From Mobula hypostoma (taxonomy: Eukaryota), in NCBI RefSeq assembly GCF_963921235.1, contig NC_086109.1, positions 3,288,001 through 3,352,000 of the forward strand: a DNA stretch of 64,000 nucleotides. The letters run 5' to 3'. Below the pieces are notes generated by a model. It did no database searches. It saw only the letters and a list, made by a program, of their open reading frames with translations, and was not told the origin of the DNA. The position numbers and the translations under genes are program-made. This document shows, piece by piece, positions 23,143 to 37,139 of the stretch (the stretch's first letter is position 1; the number at the start of each line of letters is the position of its first letter).

Positions 23143-23280
23143 GTCATCGTCATCATCATCATCATCATCATAATCAATCATCAATCATCATCATCATCAT
23201 CATCATCAATCATCAATCATCATCATCATCATCATCATCAATCATCAATCATCAATCATCATCATCATCATCATCAATCA
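23143..23280. repeat. (CAT)n/(CAAT) compound microsatellite
   Basis: Directly visible. Confidence 0.95.
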
Positions 23281-23699
23281 TTTATGAAGAATGTTGAGTA
23301 CACAGAGCTCTTGGTATGGTCCAGGATCCTATCCATCCCTCCAGCATCCTCTTTGACTGTCTATCATCAGGCAGGAGACTCTGACGCATAAAAACAAGAA
23401 CGGTCAGAATGGGAAACAGATTCTTCCCTCAGGCCATTAGGCTGCTGAACTCCCTGCCACATCTCATTCAAAGTGTCACCAGATAATTTGTACTGTACCC
23501 TAAATACTTAATTTATGCACTTTACCTTGTTTATCTATACAGGATTTATTTGTAGATTTAATTCTTACTTCCCTTGATTATTGTGTGTTATATGTGATAT
23601 GTGTGCTACTGTGGTTTACATCTGGGTCTGGAGAAAAAGTTGTCTCATTTGACAGTATACATGTAAATAGTTAAATGACAATAAAATTGACTTGATTAT

Positions 23700-24137
23700 A
23701 TGCTATATCATATGACATAGATGATCATGGTCTTCCATTCATCTTAATTACCTGCGGGGAAGACCCCTTCACACCCTTGGTCTTATTCTTGGATCTATCC
23801 ATGACCATGATTGTTCTTGGCAATTTTTTTCTACAGAAGCGGTTGCCATGGCTTTCTTCTTGGCAGTGTCTTTACAAGATGGATGGCCCAGCCACTATCA
23901 ATACTCTTCAGAGATTGTCTGCCCGGTGTCAGTGGTCGCATAACCAGGACTTGTGATGTGCACCAGCTGCTCATACGACCATCCATCACCTGCTCCCATG
24001 GCTTCATGTGACTCTGATCGGGGGGGGGGGCGTGCTAAGCAGGTGTTACACCTTGTCCAAGGGTGGCCTGCAAGCTAGCGGAGGGGAGGAGTGCCTTACA
24101 GCTCCTTTGGTAGAGACGTATCTCCACCTCGCCACCC
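23700..24137 (-). mobile_element. RTE-related SINE family A
   Basis: Reverse complement of 7921-8285 with an unrelated insert at about 23740-23795. Confidence 0.75.
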
Positions 24138-24242
24138 TATCCTGTCATTATTATCTTTGAATATAGATCTGCACTTGCAATAAATCATGTACTGTCTGAA
24201 AACCTTTCCAATAATTTTATAAATAAACTAGATGGCTAATCA

Positions 24243-24582
24243 CCACTTTTCCTCTAAGTTGCACAGGTGCACAGTCATGCAGTAACTAAAATGCTCCCAC
24301 GCACATAGCCTTTGTTGCCACACAGTTGGAATTGGATACAGCTAGAAAAAGTTCACGAAACATAAACAATTTACGTTGTGGTACTGTATTTAATTATACA
24401 CTTCAATTAATAAATAAAATCAAAAGTATATGATATTTCAATTTTCATTTTAAATATTCATAGTGTGCATATTACCAAAAAATAAAATTTGAAGTGTCAT
24501 GCAGTTTTCAGGTGGTGTAAAAATTTCCTGCTCAGAGCAATAGTTGGCCTGTGCAGCTGTAAATAAATGAGAGAGAAGATTG
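24243..24582. mobile_element. Possible degenerate hAT-type MITE
   Basis: Ends CACTTTTCCTCTAAG...GCACAGG and CCTGTGCAGC...GAGAGAAGATTG are weakly inverted-complementary; AT-rich interior. Confidence 0.4.
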
Positions 24583-25189
24583 CTATTCACCTAACATGCA
24601 CATTTCCAATCAGCATTTTGACATCTTCCTTTGCATTAATCTCCTTTATGATTGATTCAAACTTTGGCTCATCATGTCCACGCAGATCTTGTTGCCCATT
24701 TGCATTAACTGCCTTTGCCCATATTGGGTTCATATCCATTTATGCTTTGTATATGCATACAGTATGTCTGTTTAAACATCTAAGGTGTAGAGGTTGTATC
24801 TCACTCGACCAGCTCCTCTGGAAGCATGATCCAGATATCAGGCATGAGGAAAATAAACTATCCTTTCATATTTCCTTTCGGACTCGCTCATCTCCCCTGA
24901 ACCTTGCCATCATGCTTATGATGCTCCTACATGGATAAAGATTCTGACTAGCTACTATATATTTGAACTTTGAACTTTGAACTTTGATACCTGTGTCTCT
25001 TATAATCTTATACAAGTCTATCAGGTCACCCCTCAGCCTCATTCAGTTCTGGAAAAACAACCCTAGACTGATCAATCCCTCCTCATAATCCAGGCAATGT
25101 TCTTGTGAATCTCCTCCAATGCAGCCAACCCTGTGTTTTGCAAAATTTAGTTGCAGTTTAATTGTCATTCAACCCTTCTCAAGTATACG

Positions 25190-25640
25190 AGGAACGTTTG
25201 TCCGCTCTTGGACTGTATTCCTTGGAGTTCAGAAGAATGAGGGGAGACCTCATAGAAACATTTCGAATGTTGAAAGGCATGGACAGAGTGGATGTGGCAA
25301 CGTTGTTTCCCATGATGGGGGAGTCTAGTACGAGAGGGCATGACTTAAGGATTGAAGGGCGCCCATTCAGAACAGAAATGCAAAGAAATTTTTTTAGCCA
25401 GAGGGTGGTGAATCTGTGGAATTTGTTGCCACGGGCAGCAGTGGAGGCCAAGTCATTGGGTGTATTTAAGGCAGAGATTGATAGGTATCTGAGTAGCCAG
25501 GGCATCAAAGGTTATGGTGAGAAGGCAGGGGAGTGGGACTAAATGGGAGAATAGATCAGCTCATGATAAAATGGCAGAGCAGACTCAATGGGCCGAATGG
25601 CTGACTTCTACTCCTTTGTCTTATGGTCTTATGGTCTTAT
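25190..25640 (+). mobile_element. Relatively young CR1 LINE 3' end
   Basis: YEERLSALGLYSLEFRRMRGDLIETFRMLKGMDRVD...NFFSQRVVNLWNLLP...FKAEIDRYL; (TCTTATGG)n tail. Confidence 0.92.
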
Positions 25641-25814
25641 ACAGCTGAACAAAACGATGATACCTCTTACCGCACGTCCTACCCCTACTTGACTTGCTGA
25701 AATGCATCACTGCCCACTTGTCATAGTGTTTCAATGACAAATGAGAACTTTTCCTACATTCTCATCTGTTACTTAGATAGATCAGAATTAAGCAACAAAC
25801 CCTGTGGTTCAGCA

Positions 25815-25817
<3 letters not shown>

Positions 25818-25913
<96 letters not shown>

Positions 25914-26880
25914 ATGTGTGTGTGTGTGTGTGTGTGTGTGAGTGTGTGTGTGTGTGTGTGTGTGAGAGTGTGTGAGAGTGTGTGTGTGTGTGTGTGAGAG
26001 TGTGTGAGAGTGTGTGTGTGTGTATGTGTGTGTGTGTGTGTGTGCATGTGTGTGTGTGTGTGTGTGTGTTTGTATGTGTGTGTGTGTGCATGTGTGTGTG
26101 TGTGTGTTTGTATGTGTGTGTGTGTGCATGTGTGTGTGTGTGTGTGTGCATGTGTGTGTGTGTGTGTGTGTTTGTATGTGTGTGTGTGTGTGTGTGTGTG
26201 TGCGTTTGTGTGTGTGTGTGCGTGTGTGTGTGTGTGTGTTTGTATGTGTGTGTGTGTGTGTGTGTGTGTGGTGTGTAGATGTGTGTTGGTTGGGTGTTTG
26301 TGTGTACCTATGCTGCTGGGGTATCTGTGTGTATGTGTGTTGGTAGGGTATCTCTGTGTACATGTCTGGGTGGGGTGTCTGTGTGTACATGTGTTGGTTG
26401 GGTGTCTGGGTGTGTGTGTTGGTGGGGTGTCTTTGTGTGTCTGTTGGTAGGGTATCTGTGTGTACGTGTTTTGGTGGGGTGTCCGTGTGTACGTATGTTG
26501 GTGAGGTGTCTGTGTGTGCGTGTGTTTGTGGGGTGTCTGTGTGTACCTGTGTTGGTGTGGTGTGTGTGTGTGTGGGTGTGTGTGTGTGAGAGTTTGTGGG
26601 GTGTCCGTGCGTGCATGTGTTGGTGGGGTGTCTGCCTGTACCTGTGTTGGTGTGGTGTGTGTGTGTCTGCTTGTATGTGTGTTGGTGGGGTGTCTGCGTG
26701 TGTGTGAGTTGGTGTGGTGTCTGTGTGTTGGTGTGGTGTGTGTGTGTGTGTGTCTGTTTGTATGTGTGTTGGTGGGGTGTCTGTGTGTGTGTGAGTTGGT
26801 GTGGTGTCTGTGTGTTGGTGTGGTGTCTGTGTGTGTGCAATTCGTGGGGTGTCTGCCTGTACCTGTGTTGATGGGCTGTG
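25818..26880. repeat. (GT)n microsatellite grading into a GT-derived minisatellite
   Basis: Interrupted GT repeat to about 26270, then units like GTGTTGGTGGGGTGTCTGTGTGT. Confidence 0.95.
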
Positions 26881-28211
26881 TGTTACCCTTACAGCTCTCT
26901 GCCAGGATCCCTCGAGTCTTGAGCAGCATTTCCAGCCACTGGTGACCCAGCTCTGAGCTCCTGCCCCGGGGTCTGGGTACTTGGACAGCAACAGGAGGCT
27001 TCCAGATTCAGTCAGTCAGATGGGAGACCCTCACTAATGCACCAGCCTCGCTGATACTGTTCGTGTCCAAGGTGGTCGGGGCTATGATCTGAAAGCCTAC
27101 ACAGACCTCAGTGGCAGCTAGCAAATTAAATTCAGTGAAGTCAGTAAATCTGGATCCAAAAAGGCTGATAAACATAAGGAGAGACCTTAAACCTGTCAGG
27201 CTGTTGTAAGGAGATCCGTGACCTTATCTATCGGGTCCATCAACGCAATGTGACTGGCTTTTCACTTCCCTCATTAACCGGCTCGGTGAACCACTCGCCA
27301 CGTGTTCGGGAAGGTGGCACGCTGCTCCTCTCTAATGGTCACTCACAGAGCCGAACCAGTGAAAGAAGCACGCAGAGACAGGCCAGGGCTGGCGGCTGGG
27401 GCAGTTCATTCAACGTTAAATCTGTTCAGCATGTTAAATGGAGCCGTCGGAATTTTTCCTGATGGCTATGGTGGGGTGACGCTGAATAATCGTCCTCTTT
27501 CTTGCCTGTCAGATGCTTCAGTGTGAAGCTTTCGGGTAATGTATTAAGCAAATGGAAGCTTGTGGACAGCACAGGCAATCCACAAACAACTTCCCAAGTT
27601 TCGCGTTTAATTCAGTTGCACAGAGTTGCGGCCTGACTCATTCTGCCTGAACACTGATTGTTGAGAACCCCACTTAGCATCGGCTTAGAAAACACAAGCT
27701 ACTGAAAATGTATGTTTTGCTCCGGGTTTGTGCTGAATATACAGTATTCGTTCACTTTCCTTTGCAGTTTATCAGACTGGAAGGCGCATTCAGACAACCT
27801 GTGAAGAGGGCATTTGCTGAACGGGTCACATCCAATAAATCACAGCCACACCGCTCCAGACAAAAAAAAATGTTCTGTTCAATTTACCATATCTGGAGAA
27901 AAATAATACTTCATTTTGCAAAGTGGCAACTGGGGTAGCATTTGGTTAGATTTATGCCTGGTCTGATACAACGTTCGTGAATGTTTCATTGATCCATCAT
28001 TGAAAACCCGATGAGGTTCTGTAAATCAGCAGTGAGGGTATTGTAGTGCCTATTTGTTACCGTAATCAGTGTGTAAATCACTCAACCCCCCCCCCCCACC
28101 CCACCCTGCGATTGGTAAAATAAATGTTTGGATCCCTGAAATGTGAAATTAATTCTGATTGATGAATGTGACGAACCACGAGATTTGCAAACGCGGGTCT
28201 GAGTCTTGTCA

Positions 28212-28304
28212 AACGACAGGAATTCTGCAGATGCTGGAAATTCAAGCAACATACATCAAAGTTGCTGGTGAACGCAGCAGGCCAGGCAGCATCTCTAGGA
28301 AGAG
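28212..28304 (-). mobile_element. Short 5'-truncated Penelope terminal fragment
   Basis: Homologous to 16031-16125; TSD GTCTTGTCA at 28203-28211 and 28305-28313. Confidence 0.85.
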
Positions 28305-28936
28305 GTCTTGTCAGATGGGTGGCGGAACTGGCTCGGGGAGGTAATGAGTGAATAACTCGAATCCCGAGTTCGAACACAGGCAGAGCCCCGCTGCCTTTAC
28401 AGTGCTTCTCAGCGTCAGAGTCCCGTATTCTCATGAGGGTGATGGTTGACATGACAAGATTGGAAATAATCTCCGTCACAGAGCTCATTTAGATGGAGGG
28501 CAGTCAGAGGAAAGCAGCATCCATCATCAAAGACCCCCACCATCGAGACCAGGCCGGAGGTTCAGGAGCCTCAGGTCCCACACCACCAGGTTCAGGAGCA
28601 GTTATTACCCTTCAACCTACAGGCTCCTGAAGCAGAGCGGATAACCCAACTCACCACAACTCTGAACTGATTCTGTGACCTACAGAACTTCAAGAACTCT
28701 TTACAATTCATGTCCTCGGTATTATATTTATTCACACAGTTTGTCTTCTTGTGCCCATTGGTTGTCAGACTTTGTTTATGTAAAATTCTGTTATTTTTTT
28801 TCTTTCCTGTAATTGCCTGAAAGGAAATAAATCTCCAGGTGGTGTATCAGTAACATATAGACTAACATACTTACCCAATCACAGAATTGTTCCCACAACC
28901 AATGGACTCACTTTCAAGTACTCTGCCTCTCACATT

Positions 28937-29500
28937 CTCTATTTCCTGAGGAGACTGAGGTCCTTTAACATCTGCCTGGCGATGCTGAGGATGTTCTATG
29001 AGTCTGTGGTGGCCAGTGCGATCATGTTTGCTGTTGTGTGCTGGGGCAGCAGGCTGAGGGTAGCAGACACCAACAGAATCAACAAACTCATTCGTAAGGC
29101 CAGTGATGTTGTGGGGATGGAACTGGACTCTCTCACGGTGGTGTCTGAAAAGAGGATGCTGTCTAAGTTGCATGCCATCTTGTACAATGTCTCCCATCCA
29201 CTACATAATGTACTGGTTGGGCACAGGAGTACATTCAGCCAGAGACTCATTCCACCGAGATGCAGCACAGAGCGTCATAGGAAGTCATTCCTGCCTGTGG
29301 CCATCAAACTTTACAACTCCTCCCTTGGAGGGTCAGACACCCTGAGCCAATAGGCTGGTCCTGGACTTATTTCATAATTTACTGGCATAATTTGCATATT
29401 ACTATTTAACTATTTATGGTTTTATTACTATTTATTATTTATGGTGCAACTGTAACAAAAACCAATTTCCCTCAGGATCAATACAGTATGACTATGACTA
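28937..29500 (+). mobile_element. Rex1/Babar-type LINE 3' end
   Basis: YFLRRLRSFNIC...MLRMFYESVVASAIMFAVVCWGS...NKLIRKAS...SFLPVAIKLYN; (TATGAC)n tail; nested in an older repeat. Confidence 0.85.
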
Positions 29501-29949
29501 TTTATTGCTTATTTATTTATATTATTATTACTTCTTCTTTTTGTATTTGTGCAGTTTGATGTTTTTTGCCCATTGGTTGTTGTCCATTCTGTTGGATGCG
29601 GTCTTTCAAAGTTTAAAGTAGATTTATTTTCAAATTATACAACCTTGAGATTCGTCTCCTAACAGGCAGCCACAAAACAAAAGATCTAAAAGAGCCCATT
29701 AAAAAAAGACCATCAAACACCCAATGTGCAAATAGCATTCTAATCTACAAAGATTATGTTGTGTTTCTTGTAGTTACTGTGAATGCCCACAAAAAATCTC
29801 AAGGTTTTATATAGTGATGTACATGTACTTTGATAATAAATTTACTTTAAACGTTGAACTAATCTCCTTCAGTTGAGAAGCACAGTGGATGAAATAGGGT
29901 GATTATTAGCCACGGCCAGGATTTACTGGGATTTAGTTACACATGAACC

Positions 29950-32470
29950 ATAAAACCATAAGATATCGGAGCAGAATTTGGCCATTCAGCCCATTGAGTC
30001 TGCTCCACCATTTCATCACGGCTAATCCAATTTTCCTCTCAGCCCCAATCTCCTGCCTTAGCCCCGTATCCTTTCATGCCCTACCCAATCAAGAATCTAT
30101 CAACCTCTGTCTTAAATATACATACAGTAAAGACTTGGCCTCCACACAACTGCCTGTAGCAAAGAATTCCACAAATTCACCACTCTCTGGCTAAAGGAAT
30201 TCCTCCTCAACTCTGTTCTAAAAGGACACCCCTCTAATCTGAGGCTGTGTCCTCTGGTCTTAGACTCTCCCACCATAGGAAGCATCCTTTCCATATCCAC
30301 TCTGTCAAGGCTTTTCACCATTCGATAGGTTTCAATGAGGTCAACCCTCATTCTTCTGAATTCTAGTGAATAAAGGCCCAGAGCTATCAAACACTCTTTC
30401 AATTGACAAGTCATTCAATCCTGGAATCATTTTTGTGAACCTCCTTAGAACCCTCTCCAGTTTCAGCACATCCTTTCTAAGATAAGGGGCCAAAACTGCT
30501 CACAATACTGCAAGTGAGGCCTCACCAGTGCTTCATGAAGTCTGAACTGTGCATCCTTGCTTTTATATTCTAGTCCTCTTGAAATGAATGCCAACATTCC
30601 ATTTGCCTTCCTCACCAAAAATTAAACTTTAGGGAATTCTATTCTAGGACTTCCAAGTCCCTTTGTGGCTCAGTTTTTTGTATTTTCTCTCCATTTAGCA
30701 AACAGTCAACCCTTTCATTTCTTCTATTAAAGTGCAATACCATGCACTTCCAGACACTGTATTCCATCTACCGTTTCTTTGCCCATTCTCCTCATTTGTC
30801 TAAGTTCTTCTGTAGCCTCTCTATCTGCCACTCCAGCTGTTTTCATATCATCCACAAACTTTGCGATCAATTCCATCATCCAACTCATCGACATATAACA
30901 TAAAAAGAATTGGTTCCAACACAGTCCACTGTGGAACATCACTACCCATCAGCAGCCAACCATGGGATTGTAGCTGTAAAGCAGCCTCATGTGTGGCAAC
31001 TTGTCAAAGGCCTTCTGAAATGATTCTCCTTTGTCTATCCAGCTTGTTATTTCTTCAAAGAATTCTTTCAGACTTGTCAGGCAAGATTTTCCCTTGAGGA
31101 ACCATGCTGAATACTGCCTATTTTATCATGTTCCTCCAAATAGCCCGAATAATCGACTCCATCTTCCCAAACACTGATTCAGACCATAGGCCTATAGTTT
31201 CCTTTCTTCTGCCTCTTTTCCTTCTTGAAGATGACACTTGCAATTTTCCAGTCTTCCAGAACCATTCCAGAATCTAGTGTTTCTTGAAAGATCATTACCA
31301 ATGCCTCCACGATCTCTTCAGACTCCTCTTTCAGAATCCTGACGTGTGCACCATCTAGTCCAGGTAACTTATCTACCTTCAGACCTTTCAGTTTCCCAAG
31401 AACCTTCTCCCTATAATGGTAACTTCACACACTTCATGACCCCTGACACCTGGAACTTCCACCATACTGCAAGTGTTTTCCACAGTGAAGACTGATACAA
31501 AATATTTATTCAGTTTGTCAGCCATTTTCTTGTTCCCTATTATTATCCACCTCTACAGCATCATTTTCCAGCAGTCTGATATCCACTTCCTTCTCTATTT
31601 TACACTTTATGTATCTGAAGAGCCTTTTTGTATCCTCTTTTACATTATTGGCTATATTACTTTCGTATTCCATCTTACCTTTTTAATGACTTTTTTAATT
31701 CCCTTCTGTTTTTTAAAAGCTTCCCAATCCTCTAACAGCCCACCAATTTTTGCTCTATTATATGCGCCCTCTCTTTGGCTTTTATGTTGGCTTTGATTTC
31801 CCTAGTTAGCCACGGTTGTGTCATCTTGCCTTATTCCTCTTTGAAATGTATATATCTTGTGTCTTCTGAATTGCTTTCAGAAATTCCAGCCAGTACTGCT
31901 CTGCCATCATTCCTGCCAGTGTTCTTTTCCAATTAATTCTAGCCAACTCCTCTCTCTTGCCTCTGTAATTCCCTTTACTCCAATGTAATACTGATACATT
32001 TGAGTTTAGCTTCTCATTCTGAAATTGCAGGGCGAATCCAACCATATTATGATAACTTACCCCTAAGGATTATTTTGCCTTAAGCTCTCTTGCACAACAC
32101 CCAGTCCAGAATAGCTGATCCCCTAGCAGGCTCAACCATGAACTGGTCTAGAAGCCATATCATAGAGACTCTAGAAACTCCCCCCACCCCGGAATCCCAC
32201 ACCAACCTGGTTTTCCCAGTCTACCTGCATATTGAATCCCCTGTGACTATTGTAACATTGTCCTTTTGACATGCATTTTCTATCTCCCAATGTCATTTGT
32301 AGACCACATCTTTACTACTGTTTGGGGGTCTATATGCAACTACTATCAGGGTATTTTTATCCTTGCAGTTCCTTAGCTCTATCCACAAAGATTCAACACT
32401 TTCCAACCCTATGTCACCTCTTTCTAATGATTTGATTTTGTTCTTTACCAAGAGAGCAACACCGACCCCT
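29950..32470 (-). mobile_element. Long degenerate CR1 LINE (APE endonuclease to 3' end, internally deleted)
   Basis: GVALLVKNKIK...VESLWIELRNCK...VVAYRPPNS (APE); AKFVDDMK; ALGLYSLEFRRMRVDLIETY; (ACCATAAG) tail. Confidence 0.9.
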
Positions 32471-32529
32471 GATGAAACAGATGAAGTAAAAATACTTTCA
32501 TGGCTGATCCAGTCCTTTAAGGACATTAA

Positions 32530-32895
32530 CTCTTCTCCGAGGATCATCACCTTTTCTTTCTGAAAGGTTTGTGAGTTCCTGAGGTCCCTTGAGCAATGCT
32601 GCCTGGAGTCTGGCACTTAGCTCCTGGTTTGTTGAGCCACAGTGGTAAGGCCAAGGGGAACAATCCAGACAAAGAGTGACCCAACCGAGAACTCAGCGGT
32701 GGAGCTGGTGGAAGATGGTGACACGTCACAAGGCAGTGAAGGTGGAGGAAGGCTGCAACAGGGAAGGATCCCCAGTCATCTTGCATTCCATGTCATTGGA
32801 CCCTGACCCCTATCTGTCATGGACCGTGTGGTGGCTACACGTGCATCAGCCTCCCCTCATTTAATAAAGTCATGCACTGGTATTCTCCATTAACA
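32530..32895 (+). mobile_element. RTE-related non-autonomous element (family B)
   Basis: Homologous in opposite orientation to 52625-53000; 5' part resembles RTE/Expander 5' UTR (GAGCAATGC...GCTCCTGG). Confidence 0.6.
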
Positions 32896-33809
32896 GAAGC
32901 CATCCTGGGACAACACCTCAGAAGAACAACATGTGATTGCACTACTGCTCCTGTTTTATCAGAGACAGAGTGTGGGGACGCTCAGCAGGCTCATCCCTGT
33001 GGAAGAAACAATGAACGTTTCAAGTTGAGAAACTTTCATCAAGACCTTCACTTCAGATTTCCAGGACGGGCTCATTTTTTTTTCATGCACGGCACCAGTT
33101 GCTTCACTGTATTGGTGACAGTCTGGGAAAACAGACAGGATTCAAGTAAATCCAAAGTTATTTTATGTATATTCCGGATGAAAGAATAACTAGGGAAGAG
33201 TAGAGCCAGTTGGAGACAACAGGGACAATTAGTCTGCATTGCAGAGGACGTTCACGAGATTGATTCCAAGACGAAAAGTTTAATTTATGAGGTTAAATTG
33301 TAATTTATTATAATTAACTTGCCTGGGATTATACTTGCTGAAATTCAGAATAAAATGGCATCTTCAGACTTCAAATTTCAAAGTACATTTATCATCAAAG
33401 TATGTATCCTTTATACAACCTTGAGAGCTGTCTTCTCACAGGCAACCACAAAACAAAGAAACCCCCAAAGAACCCGTTAAAAAAGATGGATAAATACCCA
33501 AGGTGCAGCGAGGAAAAAAAACATATCCAGCAAACAATGAAAGTAAGAAAACAGCATTCAGAATGAAAGTGAGTCCCAGAGCAGCCTCAGCCTTATTTCA
33601 ATGGATAATAGAGTAAATGTGACGAAGCCCAGAGACACGGGCCCCAGGGAAGTCAGAGTAAGTCACAGCCTCCACCTCAGCTCACTTCTCCATTGTTTGC
33701 GGTGCAGTTTACCATGACTTTTTACAGAAAAAAGTGTTATGAATAAATTATTTAATTGCATTCCTTGTTTGTTAACCACTAGTGAGTAGTCACTTGCCTT
33801 CAGCAGCAT

Positions 33810-34645
33810 TGGTAAGGTAGAGGCAAGAGAGTTGTTTCCTCTGGTGAGAGAGACTAGAACTACATGACATAGACTCAGGGTTCAGGGAAATAGACTTAGG
33901 ACGGAGATGAGGAGAAACTGCTTTTCCCCAGGAAGTAGTGAATCCATGGAATTCTCTTCCCAGGGAAAGAGTAGAGGCTACCTCATTGAATATATTTAAG
34001 GCAGTTTGATAGATTTTTGCATAGCAGGGGAATTAGGGTTTCAGAGAAAAAGCAGGTGGATGGAGCTGAGTCCATGGCTTGATCAGCAGTGATGTTGTTG
34101 AACAGCGAAGACTCAGTGGGCTGGATCCTGGTTCTGGTTCTTATGTCCTTGTGTAAAGACTGATGGGTTTAGTTTGATTTTGCATCATGGTTGTTTCAAA
34201 TACAGTGAGCAAAATGACCAGTCCTCGCGCTGTGCTCTTCCAAGCTCTGTATTCTCAGCTTTAAGCGGTAGATACGTGAACTATCCATGGCATAAACTGC
34301 AGGATAAAGCTGTTTATTTTAATTGAAAGGCTTGGATAGGGTGAATGTGGAGCATCCAGAGCCAGAAGGCACAGCCTCAGAATAGAGGGATACCAATTTA
34401 GAACAGAACTGAGAGGAAATTTCTTTAGCCAGCGTGTGGTGAATCTGTGGAATTCATTGCCACAGGCAGCTGTGGAGATGGAGTCACTGAGTATATTTAA
34501 AGTGGAGGTTGATAGGTTCTTGATTAGTCAGGGCATCAAAGGCAGGAGAATGGGAGTGAGAGGGAAATAAATCTGCCTTGATCAAATAGCTGAGCAGATT
34601 TGATGGGCTGAATGGCCTAATTCTGCTTCTATGTCTTATTGTCTT
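33810..34645 (+). mobile_element. Two tandem CR1 3' fragments
   Basis: 33810-34150 and 34325-34645 both carry GTGAATC(T/C)(G/A)TGGAATTC and CR1-type 3' UTR/tails. Confidence 0.8.
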
Positions 34646-35169
34646 TGTCCAGCCTTAGAATCTCCAAATTTCTGTTTTCCGTGTCAACTATCAAAGTTTC
34701 TTTTTAGGTCGCCTGTCTTTCAGATCCAGTAATTTTCCCACTGTAACACACCACAAAATCCAAGATGGAGACATGGAATCAGGAACTCCAGAGTAACGTT
34801 CACCACTCTCCAACTGTGGGAGGAGTAACTGTTGCAGTCAAACAACTATCAAGTTCAGAATCAGAATCAGTATTATTATCACTGACTAAAATAACACGAA
34901 ATGTGTTGTTTCACAGTGCCAGCCAAAGTCATAACGTTATTCTAAATGGCAAAAGTAAATAAATGGAGCAATCTCTTGCAATGCTGTGATGAAATGTTAT
35001 TTTGTACTGCCAAATTTGGGAATGTTTTGAGAATTATGTTTTGGGTTTCTGCCTTTATACCCAACTGTGCAAATGGTTCAATAACACTGCTCTTTCTCAG
35101 GGAGATGTTAGATTGTATTTTCTGAGAAAGCACAGTTCAAGGGCACATTGTGATGGAAACTCAAGTAAT

Positions 35170-36390
35170 TAATGAAGTACTTTAAGAGGTTGCTTATGGC
35201 TAGAATTAAATCCTGTCTCACCAAGGACCTAGACACACTGCAATTTGCCTATCGCCACAATAGGTCCACGGCAGATGTGTTTGCATTGGCTCTTCACATG
35301 GTCTTTGATCACCTGGAAAATACAATACGGGGGAAGCTAGCCTCTGTAGGATCCAGAACATCTTCAAGGAACGATCCCTCAAAAAGGCGGCGTCCATCAT
35401 TAAGGACCCCCATCACCCAGGTCGTACCTTGTTCTCATTGCTACCATCAGGAAGGAGGTGCAGAAGCCTGAAGACACACAGTCAGTGATTCAGGAACAGC
35501 TTCTTCCCCTCAGCCATCTAATTTCTGAATGGACACTGAACCCATGAACACTTCCTTGCTTTTCTTTTTGCAATACTTGTTTAATTTAGCTATTTAATGT
35601 ACATATTCTTACTATAACTCACTTTTTTTTCTATGATTAGGTATTGCATTGTACTGCTGCCACAAAGACTACAAATTTCATGAGATATGCTGGTGATATT
35701 AAACCTGGTTCTGATTCTAAAATCAATCTTTAACATTGCTGCTATTAAACTGTATCACCCAAGTGCATTTATCCAAACCTTATCTGAAAGTGTATGTATT
35801 TAGTTAATTTGTCTCTTTAGATTACATAATCGGATGTGGAAACAATCTATCATTTATGTTATCTGTTAGTGCATTCCAACATGTCATTGTACTTGCCTCA
35901 TCTAAATCAGAATCTGAATCAGAATCGGGTTTAACATCACCAGCATAGGTCGTGAAATTAGTTAACTTTGCAGTAGCACGGCAGTGAAATACAGAATAAT
36001 AGAAAAGGAAAAAAAACTGTGAATTATAGTCAGTATATATATTAAATAGTTGTTAAATAACTAGTGCAAAAATAGAAATAAAAAAATGTAGGGAAGTAGT
36101 GATCATGAGTCCAATGTCCATTCAGAAATCGGACTGCACAGGGGAAGGAGCTCTTCCTGAATCACTGAGTGTGCCTTGAGGCTGGCTGACAGTGGCAATG
36201 TGAAAAGGGCATGACCTGGGTGATGGGGCTCATTAATGATAGATGTTGAACTTTTGAGCCATTGCTCCTTGAAGATGTCCTGGATACTATGGAGGCTAGT
36301 GACCCTCTGCATCTTACTTTGATCATGTGTAGTAGCCTCCCCCCCCCGCCCTCCCCCCATACCAGATGGTGATGAAGCCAGTTAGAAAAT
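35170..36390. mobile_element. Two Rex1/Babar-type fragments tail-to-tail (+ 35170-35720, - 35905-36390)
   Basis: MKYFKRLLMARIKS...LDTLQFAYRHNRSTAD (RT domain 2); shared 3' UTR and (TTCTGA)n tails. Confidence 0.8.
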
Positions 36391-36895
36391 ATCCTATTTT
36401 CACTGTTGTATTATTGTGATTTTCCCTTCGTTAAGGTCGTTTCATTTATTCATCCAGATAAATGGATTACTCAGTATAATCTATTAATAATAACGTTGTA
36501 ACTATAAAACTGATACTGTTAGTGCTACTAAACTGCCCAATCGCTAAATCAGGTTTATGTTATAATTCTCTCATGCATAAATGGGTGATCCTCCATAAAT
36601 GTTGCTTTAAAATATCTGTCAACTTCATTAGTGTCAATTTCCCATTAACCAGATCAATTTGTGTAACATCGTCGCTGGGAATCATTAAGTGATGTGTCTT
36701 GTTTGATCATGAGTGTAACTCAATTAACTGATACACTAATCCTCAGAAAATGCTACATAATACCCACCCCTCCCACAGCCAAACACACATTAGCTGACAG
36801 TTGGTAGAATGCATTTGTTTGTCCTCTGTAACAACATGCATATTTCTAAAGATGCAGAACGAGGAAACAGGAAGCAAGGAATTAAAAAGGCTATG

Positions 36896-37125
36896 GGTGG
36901 CAGAGTGGAGATACGTCTCTACCAAAGGAGGTGTAAGGTGCTCCTTCCCTCCGTTAGCCAGCAGACTACCCTTGGGCGAGATGTAATGCCTGCACCCGTC
37001 TTGTAAGGACACTGCCCGGAAGAAGGCAATGACAGGCCTCTTCTGTAGAACAATTTCCCCAAAACAATCATAGTCATGGAAAGACCATGATCACCCATGT
37101 CATATCATGATGATAATGATGATGT
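36896..37125 (+). mobile_element. RTE-related SINE family A, internally deleted
   Basis: Same head and 3' end as 7921-8285; (TGA)n tail. Confidence 0.75.
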
Positions 37126-37139
37126 CTTCTATTTAAAGT

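Noticed and set aside
23074..23391. Poly-His/Ser/Ile ORF
   Set aside because: (CAT)n microsatellite translation
25734..26991. Long HT/CV-repeat ORFs up to 386 aa
   Set aside because: (GT)n microsatellite artefacts
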